Part shown: positions 38,630 to 53,390 of the stretch, piece by piece
How positions within the stretch are numbered: position 1 is the stretch's first letter
Layout of the letters: the number at the start of each line of letters is the position of its first letter
From: Eledone cirrhosa
Lineage: Eukaryota
DNA length: 64,000 nt
Direction of reading: 5' to 3'
Assembly: GCA_964016885.1 (NCBI GenBank)
Contig: OZ024741.1
Location: 62,372,001-62,436,000 of the forward strand
Program-made: the position numbers and the translations under genes
Notes under the pieces: model-generated
Seen by the model: only the letters and a program-made list of their open reading frames with translations
What the model was told of the DNA's origin: nothing
Database searches by the model: none

Positions 38630-39062
38630 GATGGTAGTGATGATGATGGTTGTGGTTGTATGGTGGTGGTGGTGGTGGTGGCGCTGGTGGAGGTAGTGTT
38701 GGTGGTGGTGGTGGTGGTTGATTCAGTGGTGGTGGTGGTGGTGGTGGTGGAGGTGGTGCCTGTGATGGTGGTTGATTCGGTGGTGGTGGTGGTGGTGATG
38801 GTGGTTGGGGTTGTGGTGGTAGTTGTAGTGGTGGTTCATTCGGTGGTGGTGGTGGTGGTGGTGGTGGTTGTGGTGGTGGTGGTGGTTGTGGTGGTGGTGG
38901 TGGTGGTGATGGTGGTTGAGGTTGTGGTGGTAGTTGTAGTGGTGGTTGATTCGGTGGTGGTGTAGGGGTGGAGATGACGGGGGGGGGGGGGGTGAGAGGG
39001 GGGGGGGGGGTTGTAGTGGTTGTTGATTCGGTGGTGGTGGTGGTGGTGGCGGTGGTGGTGGG
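38630..39062. repeat. (GGT)n compound microsatellite
   Basis: Direct reading. Confidence 0.95.
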
Positions 39063-39504
39063 TGTAAGGTGTTTCTGCAGTGGGGGTAGCGTGTAGGAGG
39101 TTGCGGTCGGGTGGCGGCGGCTAAATTACACACAAAAGCCTGCATAATAGGAGCGTTTGGCGGGAGAACGTAGCTATTTCTAAGACAGGTGTTTCATATT
39201 AGTAGGAGAAAAGAAAAGAAGAAGAAGAAGAAGAAGAAGAAGAAGAAGAAGAAGAAGAAGAAGAAGAAGAAGAAGAAGAATGAAAGAAAGAAAGAGGAAA
39301 GGGAGAGGGAGAAGAAAGGGAGGGGGAGAAGAAAAAGAAAAACGACAATGAATTAATGACGAGAAATCAAAAAGAAATATAAGAAAGAAAGAAAATTTAA
39401 TATAAGACCTTTAGTTTCAAACATAAAAAGTGTGAAATATAGATGCATCTGCTTATATACGTGTGTATATATATATATATATATATCTACACACACACAC
39501 ACAC

Positions 39505-39587
<83 letters not shown>

Positions 39588-39601
39588 TAACCGTGACATA
39601 A

Positions 39602-39651
39602 ACAGGTACTCAAGTTTCGTTGGGTTCTGGGACCCAATTCATTCAGCCTGT
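39602..39651 (-). ncRNA. Hammerhead-like motif with 1-nt core insertion
   Basis: acagg-CUGAAUGA-attgggt cccaga acccaac-GAAA-cttgag-UA-cctgt. Confidence 0.65.
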
Positions 39652-39835
39652 CATGAGAAAAATAAATACCAAAATATATATGAGTCTAGAAATAGCCGTC
39701 GAAACGGCTTGAGCTCTGCCGTCGGGGTCATACTTTTTCCTATTACCCACTCTACTACCCTAAGTATGAGTACTCTGATGCGTTATGGTCCATCTGGTTC
39801 CTTACCACAATTCCTTCGTTATATATATATATATA

Positions 39836-40025
39836 TATTTAATATAGAAATGGCTTCTACAGGACTAGAACTGTTTCATCCAAAAGAAATCATCAGGGCT
39901 TTTCTGATGATTTCCTTTGAATAAAACAGTTCTACTCCTGTAGAAGCCATTTCTATATTAAATATTCATACTCTGCGATGTATTGAGTACCTTACTTACT
40001 GTTGTTTCGCCCAATTGAACCCGGG

Positions 40026-40027
<2 letters not shown>
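39836..40027 (+). mobile_element. Fold-back mini-element, family I
   Basis: ~60 bp arms meeting at hammerhead cores (CUGAUGA tttcttttggat GAAAcagUU), ~62 nt tail; diverged copy at 45518-45698. Confidence 0.75.
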
Positions 40028-40101
<74 letters not shown>

Positions 40102-40307
40102 GAAGATATATGTTAAAATATTGTCAGTATGTATATATATTTACGTGTGTGTATATACTTGCGTGTATGCGTGTGTATGTAATTATACAGATTAATATGT
40201 GTGACATTCACGGACAAATGCACACAAAAGCACACAATAAAGGAAAAGCTGTAAATATTGTTTATCAATATATCCTCTTTGTTTGTCTTCTGTAGATGAA
40301 TATAACT

Positions 40308-40359
<52 letters not shown>

Positions 40360-40684
40360 ACACACACACACACACACAAACACACACAACCTGATACGGA
40401 TATATATATGTATCCGTATAGGGTTGACACCTGAGGGAAAAGAGTTCTTAATACCGAAGTAGAGTTTTAATATTCATTTTATTAAGTCTAAATGGTGTGT
40501 CTTGTTACTTTGGAGTTTCGCCTGTTTATCAGTTTGCCAGAAATAATTGCAGAACACACTCAATGTTTGGTTGGTTTTCGCTTCTGTATCTTTTATATCT
40601 CCATAGTTAATTTATTTGGCAATCAACGTTTATCATTGATTGACCAACGGTTAAAAATACAGATATAAATATATATATATAGTC

Positions 40685-40728
40685 TATCAAAGTTCTTTCG
40701 TTGCACGTCTGTAACATCATCAGTGATA
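40685..40728 (-). ncRNA. Type I hammerhead in a PLE terminus fragment (40530-40760)
   Basis: tatca-CUGAUGA-t gttaca gacg tgcaac-GAAA-gaac-UU-tgata; same family as the 63.1-63.6 kb element. Confidence 0.8.
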
Positions 40729-40794
40729 CTATTATGTTTCCTCCTGTTGTATTCCTTCAATATATATATATATATATACATATATATGCAAGAG

Positions 40795-41012
40795 ATGTCA
40801 ACATGAATGGACCTGTTATTTTTATCTAAAGGCATTTTTTCCAATTCCAACACGCCCGTCTCCTCAATCTATTTATAATTTCTCATTCTTTCTTCTGGTG
40901 AAGGACTAGCGTGAGAAACGTTAAGATCCTCTTCCTGCTATATCAAGCGTTAACCTAATATATACCTTCCATATACTGTACCGATTGTGTTGTTATTTCT
41001 ATTTACCTTTTA
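40795..41012 (+). mobile_element. PLE 3' terminus family M, degenerate hammerhead at 40891-40927
   Basis: Similar to 45080-45275. Confidence 0.75.
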
Positions 41013-41026
41013 CACACACATATATA

Positions 41027-41105
<79 letters not shown>

Positions 41106-41207
41106 CGAAGGAAGTGTGGTAAGGAACCAGATGGACCATAACGCACCAATTTAGTCCAGAATTAGCCGTCGAAACGGCTTGAGCTCAGCCGTCGGGTCCT
41201 ACTCGTT

Positions 41208-41245
<38 letters not shown>

Positions 41246-41248
<3 letters not shown>

Positions 41249-41530
41249 CGTTTCTGAATTTGTTTAGCAAGATTCTTTATCTGAAATCGTGTGTTGAAAC
41301 CGATATTGTTATACTTTGGGAGGGTCATGTTTCCAATAAGTAAACATGTAAATAAACAAATAAATAAACGAATATAAACACACACAGACACCCGGATGTG
41401 GCGCATGCGCAGACTGAGCATATAAATTTATAAATTCCTAAATTTATAAATTTATTATAATAAATTGAAGTGAAAGCAACTGGTGCGTGTGTTTCTTATT
41501 GGCAACATGACCCTCCCAAAGTATAACAAT
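41246..41530 (-). mobile_element. Fold-back mini-element, family C, copy 2
   Basis: Same terminal inverted sequence and tail as 6013-6370, opposite orientation. Confidence 0.8.
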
Positions 41531-41859
41531 ATATATATATATATATATAAGATAACAAAGTATCGTTTCTGATAAACCAGCTAGAGGTTAAGAGTACTCT
41601 GTATCGAAGATAGTTTTAACGTTCGGCATTGTTTGATTCAACAAGAAGTTTCCTTAGTCGGGTGGCTGGTTTAAGAAAGTTCCTGGGCAGGCGGTTCTCG
41701 GAGTAATAATAGTAAAAGAATGAGGAATAACATGGTCGACTGTACAATAGGGTTTATTTAGACACACTGGACTAATGAAACGATTGTTAATACTGTAAAG
41801 AAACCCTATTGTACAACCGACCATGTTATTCTTTATTCTTTTACTATATATGGCTGCAA

Positions 41860-42282
41860 ACTCTGCACTTTTAGGCTATCCAGCCACACGAACCTGTTAC
41901 ATCTCCTGAACAAGCAATACCTGTGTTTTGAAGGTTTTGTAAGTGGGGAAAGTCCTTGCACTCGACCAATCCCACTCTCTGAGCATCGAAAACACTACCC
42001 AAAAAAGGAGAATTGGTCAACATCATCGGATGCTTCCGAAGCCACAGGGTTTTTTTTATTTTTAGAGTTTCCCTCTCTTAGAAAGGTGTTGTGGCAACAA
42101 CTGGGGCCTTTCCCTCCCAGGGGGAAAAAAAGGTACTATTTGGATGGGTGTTAACTCTGCTGAGTTCCTCCGCCCTTTGCCGGGTCTTGTATTTTGTCCC
42201 GCGGGGTATCCAAATATCACCCTCCTCACCAAGCAAGCTTGGTGGGGTTGCCGGTTTAGTCGCCGATGACCCGACCATGAGA
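41860..42282 (-). mobile_element. Probable RTE 5' UTR fragment
   Basis: GGCGACTAAACC..CCCCACCAAGCTTG..AAAGGGCGGAGGAACTC; diverged copy at 43930-44050. Family assignment is by recollection only. Confidence 0.45.
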
Positions 42283-43077
42283 TACACACACACATACATG
42301 TAATTATATATATATGTATATAATTTTGCTCAGATATAGCTGTATAGATCCAAGTATGGGAATTTCCTACATCTAAAGATATACATTATGTTTAATAAGT
42401 AAACATTTTGAAAGCCTAGCTATGAATATTGAAAGGCTAGCGAGTTCCAGTAGAAGCAGCATATAAACAAGAACAGATCCTATAAAATTTTTTAAAAATC
42501 TTTGGACAAATACCTCCACGAAATTCCGGATAAGCCTCCTACACACAGATATATCTCCGAAAACAATAACTCTCTACTTGAGAGGGCCATAGTGTCCAAA
42601 TCATGATTTAAAAGACTTCGCCACGTGGTGCTTTTAAGTTAGATATGGCCTCAGCCAATACTGGCTGAAACCTATCAAAGTTATCCAAGTTATATATATT
42701 ATATATATGTATAATATACTATTAGATAATATTGAATAGCTGTACACTCAAATAATTAACAGTTTATTAGATATCGTATTCTTCTTTATCAGAACTTTTA
42801 CGACCTTTCACGAGATGTTCATAGTTGAATAAATAGTTATCTGCATTGTGACGACTATATTTTCAAATTCGCCAAAGCTTCGAGTTATTCACACGTCTAC
42901 CCTTCCCTCTTATCACTCTCACCTATCATTCTGTTTCTTCTTCTGTTTTTCATTCTATCTTCTGATGAAAAAGTAACGTCAGAAACGTTAAGAAAAGATT
43001 CCTACTATATCAAGCATTAAACTAATCTTCATTGTATTGTATAGTTTTGGTGTGTTTTTTATCCGTTTAATATCGTT

Positions 43078-43120
<43 letters not shown>

Positions 43121-43307
43121 TATGCATGAACGAGGTGTCAAATTTTCATTACGTCACACTTGAATAAACGTAATGAAAATTTGACACCTCGTCCATGCTT
43201 ATCATTAATACTACATTCTGCTTAGAACAACCCCAAAGTACATACTGCAGACTACGTATCAGGCGGCCCTTTTGGTGAACTAACAGAAAGTTGATGTTTC
43301 AATCCCT

Positions 43308-43572
43308 CGAGAATAAGTAAGTGACATAGACACTACTTTAAAACTCATAGTGAATCGTCTTCAAAATGTTTTTAATTAAACATACAGTATATTGCCAAAT
43401 ATACTATACATACATTCATGTATACATCGCTATTTCAGAGCACCAATACTAATACCTAAATTTGCCGAGAATATGTAAGTGACATAGCCACTACTTTAAA
43501 ACTCATAGCGAATGGTCTTCAAACTGTTTTAAATTAAACATACAGTATATTGCCAAATATACTATACATACA
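43308..43572. repeat. Direct repeat, ~110 bp x2
   Basis: gagaata.gtaagtgacatag.cactactttaaaactcatag..atactatacatacat at 43310 and 43468. Confidence 0.85.
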
Positions 43573-44351
43573 TATATATGTGTGTGTGTGTAATTATTAA
43601 AGTCAGTTACAACAGCGTTGTTCAGCCTGTGCCGATGAAAATTAACCACTCGGCATACCCTGTATATTTTTGCCTATTACTACAATACTATATATATATA
43701 TAAAGAATGGTGTGCTTGGAGGCAGAGATGTTATAAAAGAGAGAGAAGGCCTTAACACGGAAAAGAAGTCTGGTATGGTCTAGTCTGATTTCTTTCCATG
43801 CTCATTAGTGAGGATCGGGAGCTGCCAATGTTCATTTATGTCATGCTTTATGTTCATGATGCTCATCTGGAAAAATGACGTCAGTAGTTCCCGAATCCTC
43901 ATTCTGCCCTGACTCAGTAACTCCTCTTAGGCTCTGAATTCCCTCGCCCATTGGCGGGTTTGTTTTTCATCCTGCAGAGTGTCCAAAAATCTTCATTCTA
44001 ACAAACAAGCTTGGTGGGGTTTCTGACTTAGTGTCCGACGACATGATAACGTGATAGGCTGTAGTGGGTTACATGTCACCAGTTGCTCGTGAGAGCGACC
44101 TGAAATATATATATCACCTCGACTAAACGGTATCAGCAAAATTATGTCAGGATATACAGAACAAACTAATAAGCAAATAGAAACAAGAACAAAATGAGAC
44201 ATCATTGTATTATTTGTGGACGGGTCTTTCACAGGCTTTCAGGACTCAAAAGCCAATTGAGGTCTCATGCCAGGAAGGAACAGACATAAAGTGCTAGGGT
44301 CAAGCTTTGTATAGAGCAGACGATCTTCACACACACACACACACACATATG

Positions 44352-44414
<63 letters not shown>

Positions 44415-44779
44415 GGGGGGGGGGGATATTGAACAATGAAAACAAAACAAAAGTCGAAGATAGGTTCTTAATAGATTCTTAGTTTTACGATTATTTCATT
44501 GTGTTGCTTCATACTATATATATATTGATTGATGCGATATATTGATTAGATTAGCAGATACTGGTTATGTCACACGGTCTTCCTAAGATTGTTTCTGAGG
44601 TAGACGGTGTGATTGCTCAGGAATTTCAAGACTGGAAATAGGTAGTGGCATAACCTCTACCTGCTCGTCAATATATCGATTTACAATGATCAATCAGCAC
44701 TCTGAATCGATCGTACAACAATGAACTAATTAAAAACGTATCTTCGACTTTCGTTTTATTTTGATTCTTCAACACACAG

Positions 44780-44851
<72 letters not shown>

Positions 44852-45019
44852 CTCTGTAGCTCGAGTAGAATCTTTGAGGAAATCTTATGTTGTGAGAGCC
44901 TACTATAAATACTATATACTGCCTAATTTAGTTGAAAATATCGCTTCAAGGCCGCATTAAATTCTAACAACCTTATCTGCCCCGCCATAAGCAGGTGGAT
45001 ACCAGTATATATATATATT

Positions 45020-45079
<60 letters not shown>

Positions 45080-45080
<1 letters not shown>

Positions 45081-45275
45081 TATTTTTATCTAAAGACATT
45101 TTTTCCAATTCCAACCCGCCCGTCCCTTCAATCTATCTTATTTCTCATTCTTTCTTCTGATGAAGGACTAGCGTCCGAAACGTTAAGACACTCTTCCTGT
45201 TTTTTCAATCGTTAACCTAATATATTCCTTCCATATACTGTACCAATTGTGTTGTTATTTCTATTTACTTTTTAT
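45080..45275 (+). mobile_element. PLE 3' terminus family M with intact hammerhead
   Basis: Four copies in the window (14.3, 40.9, 43.0, 45.2 kb), all ending at microsatellites. Confidence 0.8.
45153..45188 (+). ncRNA. Minimal type I hammerhead ribozyme
   Basis: tctt-CUGAUGA-a ggac tagc gtcc-GAAA-cg-UU-aaga; loopless palindromic stem III. Confidence 0.88.
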
Positions 45276-45784
45276 ATACATAAATATATCAACGCTTACG
45301 TGGACCTCTCAAATTCGTTGGATTTTCAAATTGGATTTTCACCCCGAAACTGGATATCAACCTGGAGTATACGTGAACTTCCACCAGGAAATCTTTCGTA
45401 TCACTGACATTTTCTTTGCTTCTTACATAATATATATATATATATTGTATAAGGGAGAGATAGGTAGTTATATATATATGTGTGTGAGTGTGTGTATGTG
45501 TGAGAGAGAGAGTGAGAATCCCAGGTTCAATCGGGGTAACCACAATTAGTAAGGCATACATTACATTAGTATTGTGTGAAAATCATGTTTAATATAGAAA
45601 TGGCTTCGACAGGACGTTTTCATTCAAAGCAAATCAAACCCAATGATTTGTTTTGAATAAAACAGTTTTAGTCTTGCAGAAGACATTTCTATATTAAACA
45701 TGATACATATATATATATATGTAATATAACTGTAATTTGCCTCTTGTGTAATTTCTCCTCTTGTTTCTTTTATCAACTGCATAA

Positions 45785-45858
<74 letters not shown>

Positions 45859-45871
45859 GGGGGGGGGGGGG

Positions 45872-45903
<32 letters not shown>

Positions 45904-46329
45904 AGAAGAAGATTCGTTCGACACTATTGAACTGGCACTTTATCGACCTCGAAAGAATGAAAGCCAATCACGGTGTAATCAGAGTAGAGAAAGGCGGAAC
46001 AAAGCAGTCTACCCGCCTTCACAGTTAAGAATGCTGGCATTTGTCTGAGGTATTGAACGTGAGTAAATCTATGTAACATCCACCAATTTCTTACATTTCC
46101 AGAAAAACTTGTTCTCTTTGGTTAATTGGGGCGGTACTTCTTCTTATCACCCCCGAAAGAATGAAAAGCAAAATTTACCTCACTGGGATTTTAATTCAGA
46201 GGGTTGGAAATGTTTCCAAGACAAGTAAACCGACGTGCTAACGCCTCTTGCCATTCTCTTGCCAGCGTGTAATTAAATGTATATCGGGCTTGTCAGCCTA
46301 TATCAATGCTATATGGGTGTGAGTTATAG

Positions 46330-46850
46330 ACCACATCTTGTTGTATAGAACGTTACTGCCGTCTATGCTTCCGTTTCATTATGAGTATCTTATTATAGTT
46401 TTTGTACTGAATAAACAAATGCTGCACGGAATTAATTTGTCAATTGTAGAATCCCTGATAATGAAACAACGGTTTAGAGGAGTTTGTCATTTAGTACGGT
46501 AAGTCTTAAGGACAGCCGATTGTTAAAAGATTTTCTGTACGGTGAGATGAATGAAAGAACGCGCTTGCACTGTGAACCAAAAAATAAATATGAAGTTTTC
46601 TTGAAATTTGCTTACCGATATTGAAATCAACGCTTGAGAAGGTCAAGTATTCGAAAGATGCCGAGGATAACGTTTGAGAGGAAGTGCATAACATGTTAAT
46701 CTTAAAAGTACTGCAGGACATCTAGAGACTATAGCATCACTTCCAGAAAATTGCTCCTAGCAGGAACTACCGTTTAATGTCTATGATCATGTGTGTCTCG
46801 TTTCAAAACGGGATTAATTGGGCATGATCGGCTTATGGCACTCTTGATAT
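46330..46850 (+). mobile_element. Old RTE/BovB 3' fragment
   Basis: KDSRLLKDFLYGEMNERTR..PKNKYE resembles the BovB RLPKQLLYGEL..PKKRYKD motif. Confidence 0.65.
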
Positions 46851-46943
46851 CAGACCTGTTAACTCTCTCCGTTCAACGAAGAGATCTCCCAACTACTTTG
46901 GAGTGGGTGAGAGATATCTTCTCTTGAGCTTCATTATGTAAAA

Positions 46944-47130
46944 GCGGTGGATTGGCAGTATCGGTAGAGGGTCGGACGCCATGCTTTCCAGTATAGTTAC
47001 GTCCCTTTACGATCTGAGTTCAAATCCCGCCGAGGTTGACTTTGCCTTTCATCCTTACGGAGTCGATAAAATAAAGTACCAGTAATGCACTGGGTAATTG
47101 CTGGACCTGTGCCTAACGTAGAAACAATTA
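46944..47130 (+). mobile_element. Nin/Deu SINE, full length
   Basis: GCGGTGGATTGGCAG head, B box, Nin domain, GTAGAAACAATTA end. Confidence 0.88.
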
Positions 47131-47664
47131 TGTAAAATCTTCCCATTTTGCATCATTTCTCCCCGTCTCGGGGCATTTGTTTTCATGGTACCCGTTTGGG
47201 TTTTTAGAGGTTGGCAGGTCTGGTTGATATTGATTTTGAGTATAGATTATGTAACAAAGTATAGTATTTGGAAGATAAGATGGGGTCAAATCTATTTCAA
47301 ATAATATGACACACATGAATAAATTCCAGCAAATACACTAAATGTTCAACATGTGGAATGGACTGTAGTCAACAGCTGGGAAGAAGAAAGCTTGGATGTG
47401 GGCCTTGGTGGAAAATATCGGGGAACTTACGTATTATTTATGGTAGCAAAATAATTAATTAATTTGGGGGCATTTCAGTATAGTGGAGTACCGGGATCCT
47501 GAGAGTCAGCCCCCACCCCTAGTCCACCAATGGTCACTGTCAGGCTTGTTAAACAGATCATTGGAAACGAACTTCCTTACATCACTGTGACCGTAGCAAC
47601 ACACACATACTTACTCACACGCACGCACGCACGCACACGCGCACCCCACCCCCACCCCCACCAT

Positions 47665-47738
<74 letters not shown>

Positions 47739-48487
47739 ATATTTTATGCATGTTTATGTTTCTGTGTCTACATGTAGAAACATTTACATGAACCTAATGA
47801 AAAGCAACAATACTTAGATTTATAGGCGCATGAAACAGACAGACATATATTCATCTACACACACATAAATCATACATAAATACATACATACACACATACA
47901 TTTACAACGCCATACATATAAACATATATCAATGCATACATATATATATATATACACAGACAAACATACTTACATACAGACATTCATTCATTCATTTACC
48001 GTCCGTCTTATCATTTATCAACAAAACACAAAACCCACAAAAAAACATACACAATACACATACAATACACACACAATGTAGATAAATGAAAAATGGAAAA
48101 TATGCGCGCAGTTGTAAGAGTAGTTACTAAGGTAAATATGCCAAGTTAAGGCAATAATTAAGCAAACAGCAGAAGGTATAAACATCAGACAAAAGACATA
48201 GAAATATCGGAGCCGAATGAATTCATGCATTCGATTTGACATAAAAGAAAATGGTGGAGCGTTTATTCTACCTTCTTTAGATGAGAGAGTAATGCCGTTG
48301 GCGCGAAACGGCATTTATACCAGACGACAATAAAAACAAACCAAAATAACAAACTAACTAACGAATGAACAAACAAAAATACATGGTATATAATATTCTT
48401 ATGTATAAATATGTACGCAGGGGTTAATATTTATGTGTGTGTGATTATGTACGGTTGTATGTGTGTGTGTTTATACATATATATATA

Positions 48488-48518
<31 letters not shown>

Positions 48519-48533
48519 GTATATATAAATATA

Positions 48534-48574
<41 letters not shown>

Positions 48575-48602
48575 TTGTGTGTGTGTGTATATATATATAT
48601 AA

Positions 48603-48707
<105 letters not shown>

Positions 48708-48885
48708 TGTGTATATATATATATAAATGTGTATATATATATATATAAATATATATATATATTCATATTCTGTCTCTGAATTAGAAATACCGATGTTTTC
48801 ATATACACCGATCGTTTTGTTTGTCCTAGTCCGCACCGTTATTATTTTATGAGGTTGCGTAACGAAATATTAAATGAACGAAAGA

Positions 48886-48962
<77 letters not shown>

Positions 48963-49351
48963 CACATACACTATATATATATATATATATACATACACTA
49001 ACACACATATACATGCGTAATTATCATTGTTCATAGGTGCATAACAAAATTGAAAGTTTCAATCTACATGTAGTACATGTATTAAATAGTGTTTGGCATG
49101 GAGCGGCAAACGGTTGTTGTGTTGTTGAAGAGGCGCGGAGTAAGCTAGGCTCGTCTATCTATATGTCTATTCAATAGACAGAGAGTTAGAAAAAGAAGCT
49201 GAAAGTCAAAGCAAGGTAGACAAACAGCTGGAGACGACTCAGTCAAAATGTTAGATAGATACAAAGACAATACGTAATTTCATACATAAGAACATTTATA
49301 CACACATAATTTATTGCTTACGGATATATATGTGCATATATATATATATAT

Positions 49352-49387
<36 letters not shown>

Positions 49388-49414
49388 ATATATATTCATA
49401 TGTGCATATTTATG

Positions 49415-49475
<61 letters not shown>

Positions 49476-49528
49476 TTATATATATACAACACACATATAT
49501 ATATATATACATATATATATACTTATAT

Positions 49529-49585
<57 letters not shown>

Positions 49586-49615
49586 TGATTATGTATATAT
49601 ATATGTCTATGTATA

Positions 49616-49680
<65 letters not shown>

Positions 49681-50027
49681 TTATATATATATATATAAAT
49701 ATATGTATACATACACATACATACAAAAACACATGTATACAAATACAATTGTATGTGGATACATGGTTGTTTTTTTAATAGAAACATTCGATGTGAAAAG
49801 TAACGTCGTGTCAACTCTATCACATATTCCTCACGCTATACACAATGACAGATTATCTTTACGCGGTTCAGATAGTATTGTCATCTCACCAGCCAAATAA
49901 CTACTAATAATCCTATAGAGAGATCTTCATAATATCGCTATTTAAGTCAAGCAGGGTGTAGAACCGAACTGAAAAGGGTAGTTTAATTTGCATGACGTAA
50001 TTTGACATTGTAATTAATTAAGAAATA

Positions 50028-50127
50028 TACACGGTGTCCCCAAAATTTGTATACAAAAAATATGAGTACAGGCATTATTTATTAGAATACTGTTGAAGTG
50101 TGTATATGATTTTTTGGACACCTTGTA
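50028..50127. mobile_element. Tc1/mariner-type MITE, copy 2
   Basis: TACACGGTGTCCCCAAAA..TTTTTGGACACCTTGTA. Confidence 0.65.
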
Positions 50128-50297
50128 GATACAAAACATAGCATATATTTGAAAATTTAAGGTAATTTTACGGTAGAAATATAATAGCTTTTGAAATAGA
50201 ATCCTCGCTGCGTAAACAATAAGGTGCAAAGGAATGTTCTATTATTCTATGAGAAACACACATGCATTCGTATATACACATATGTATGTATGTACGT

Positions 50298-50358
<61 letters not shown>

Positions 50359-50750
50359 ATTATGTATGTATGCATGTTTACATTTGGACTGTATCCTTCT
50401 GACCACCACCACTAACAACAACAAAAATAACTATATTATCATCACCAACGCCATAAACATCTCCACCACCAACAACACTACTACCACCACCACCATCAAC
50501 AACATCAACAGCGACACAAGCACCCCCACCACCACCACCATATCGCCTCTCCTTCTCCCTATCAATGGACAGTGCTTGGTCACGCTCAATTTGTCATTAT
50601 TAACAACACCACCCTCAGTGCTACACACTCTATGATATGATGTCACCACGAGACACGTGTCAACACGTGGCTAGCCGCTGTTGTGCTTTGCTATCTATTT
50701 CTTTATTGTTGTTGTTCTTGTCGTTGTTACTTATGATGATTATGATGATT

Positions 50751-50782
<32 letters not shown>

Positions 50783-52207
50783 GGTGGTAGTGGTTTTCAT
50801 GACTTTTTTTCTGTTTTATTATTTGCTTTTTCTGAGGCCGTCATCATATGTTAAATGACACTATCACATTTTATGGGTTCACTGATACATACCTACACAC
50901 ACACGTACGTACATTTCATTCAATATTATATTAAGAGAGCACGTGCCTGTGGAATGTTTAGACACCCGTTAAGTGTCGGCACGCGGCTTCGAGAGTAATA
51001 CATTTATTCATAGCGATGCACTGAGCCCTTGACACTATCGTACATTTCTCTACTTCACCTTGCTAGCAAAAATGAGTTGTACCTATAATTCGATGCACCA
51101 GGCATGTCGCAAAATATGTTCCGCTGAATCTCCACGAGAACTACGCTATGGGTGTACGTATGTGTAGAATGATAAGCTACTAATATTTATTTTATGTATA
51201 GGATATTCCATTGATCACACAACTGGAAAACTTGTCGTCGGAACCAACATTCATTCAGGTGAGATAGTGTTTGACAAGGCTAGTCTTTTAAATTCCAGGT
51301 ACAGTCATCTTGCATTATAGGGTAAGTGGTCGAGCATTGCACAGATACGTGTATTGTTAACCTAACTCTCGGTGAGATTCAGTGTGACATGATGTGGGAT
51401 AAGGCTGGCCCTTTGAATTACAGATACATTCCATCCAACCTGCTTATAAACAGTTTCCATCTACCGAATTTCACTCACAGCTCAACTTGTGGTTATGGCA
51501 AATGAGGCATGCACAAGCTACCTCGCAGTGGGATCGCAATTGGGACCTAATGATTACGAAGCAAATTTCTTAACCGTTCGATCATGTTGCCTTCTCATAC
51601 AAACGTATGATTTTACCTGTATACATACATAACCACACAGACACGCATATACATACGAATACAACCATTCCAGAATCCACTTATAGAGAATATTGTGATA
51701 CAACATCTCGTAGTCAATCCATGCCATGCTAAGATTCTTCTTTCTCTTGAAGTCTTCCTTTCTGGCTTTGTTAATCAGTAACTGATCTTTACAAGTTAAT
51801 TAAATCAACCTCAGTACATTACTGCTACTTTATTTTATTGATCCCGTAAGGATGAAAGGCAAAGCTAAGAATGGTTGTGAGTATATGTGATTGTAATTCA
51901 TTATAACTGTGTAAGGGTGGTGAATTGGCAGTATCGGTAGAGGGTGCGGCGCCATTTCTGCTCTTCTCAAAACCAATTTTTTTTCCTGTTATTAGGTCAG
52001 TATTTGCAATATTATTGATGCTTTTGTGTCATAGAGTTTTGTCCTTGGAAATTACTTTTCTTGATCCATACGGGGATCTATTTCAGGTGATACTTGGATT
52101 ATTTCCAATTTTACACTATGTTGATGATGAATTTCAGCTTTAGACCACTGTTTCTAAAATCTTCTGTATAAATCCTTTCATTAGCATTTTATCCGCACCT
52201 GAGGTTG

Positions 52208-52241
<34 letters not shown>

Positions 52242-52245
52242 GCAT

Positions 52246-52303
<58 letters not shown>

Positions 52304-52839
52304 TATATAGTGTATACATAATATATATAGGTTATTTATATTTCATATGTGAGTTGCTCCGTCAGTGGTGTTAACTGTATCTGCTTTGAGAGGAGTGCAC
52401 GGCAGGCATGAGTGATTGATCTTTTCTGCAAAAACACCTTGGTTATGTATATAGGTATGCATGTATGCATGTATGTATATATGTGTGTAAGTACCTACGT
52501 ATACATTTATGCCTTAAATAAAGTGTCTTGCTGAAGTGCACGATGAGTCACCATCGGAAATTTGATGACCTGAAAATCGTAAGCCATACACCCTAACAAC
52601 TAACCTACGCGCCTTCACACACACACATATACCCTCACTTATACATAGATTCAAACGCAAGCAAACACACTCCCATACACATAGGCACACACACAAATTC
52701 ACACACAAAGGTAGTGTATCCGGTAGAGATCTAGAGCATGTATTTAACAAAGTCTAATTCTCCATGGTTTTCTGTAGTATTGAGGTCTTTATAGACACTT
52801 TTTTGTACTATATATGTACATAGCCACTGAGACATACGC

Positions 52840-52897
<58 letters not shown>

Positions 52898-53142
52898 AGA
52901 GAGAGAGAGAGAGAGAGAGAGATATGAAAACAGGGAGAAAGAAACGATTATGAGGAAGAAAAATATATGTATGTTTGTATGTATGTATTTATAAACAAAC
53001 ACATATTCATAGACTCGTACATTGGCACAGATATAGAGGCTATCGAGTACATACTTATGTAGTTAGTGAAGTATGTGCTCGTGTGGTATGTGTTTGTGAG
53101 AGAGAGAATGAATATGTGTTTATATATATATATATATATATA

Positions 53143-53385
53143 TTGTAATAATAATAAATGCGAAAACAAAATCCAAAGAGGGCTCGATAAAGATAAATAT
53201 ATAATATATATATATCAAATATATAAGAACCGTAGAGCAAATATTTATTAAAATAACATATTAAAGTTTAAGCAAAGAATCGCTGATTTCACCCTTATAG
53301 GATCTTCTAGTTCTAGTTTCAGAAGATCCCGTTAAGGGTGAAAGCAGCGATTCTTTGCTAAAACTTTAGTCTTGTTATTTTAATA
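53143..53385 (-). mobile_element. Fold-back mini-element, family A, copy 2 (hammerhead at 53315-53365)
   Basis: Same arms and tail as 5289-5583, opposite orientation, different inversion point. Confidence 0.82.
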
Positions 53386-53390
53386 TATAT

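Noticed and set aside
44978-45006. Helitron 3' end (hairpin + CCAG|T)
   Set aside because: Imperfect hairpin, non-canonical end and no second copy.
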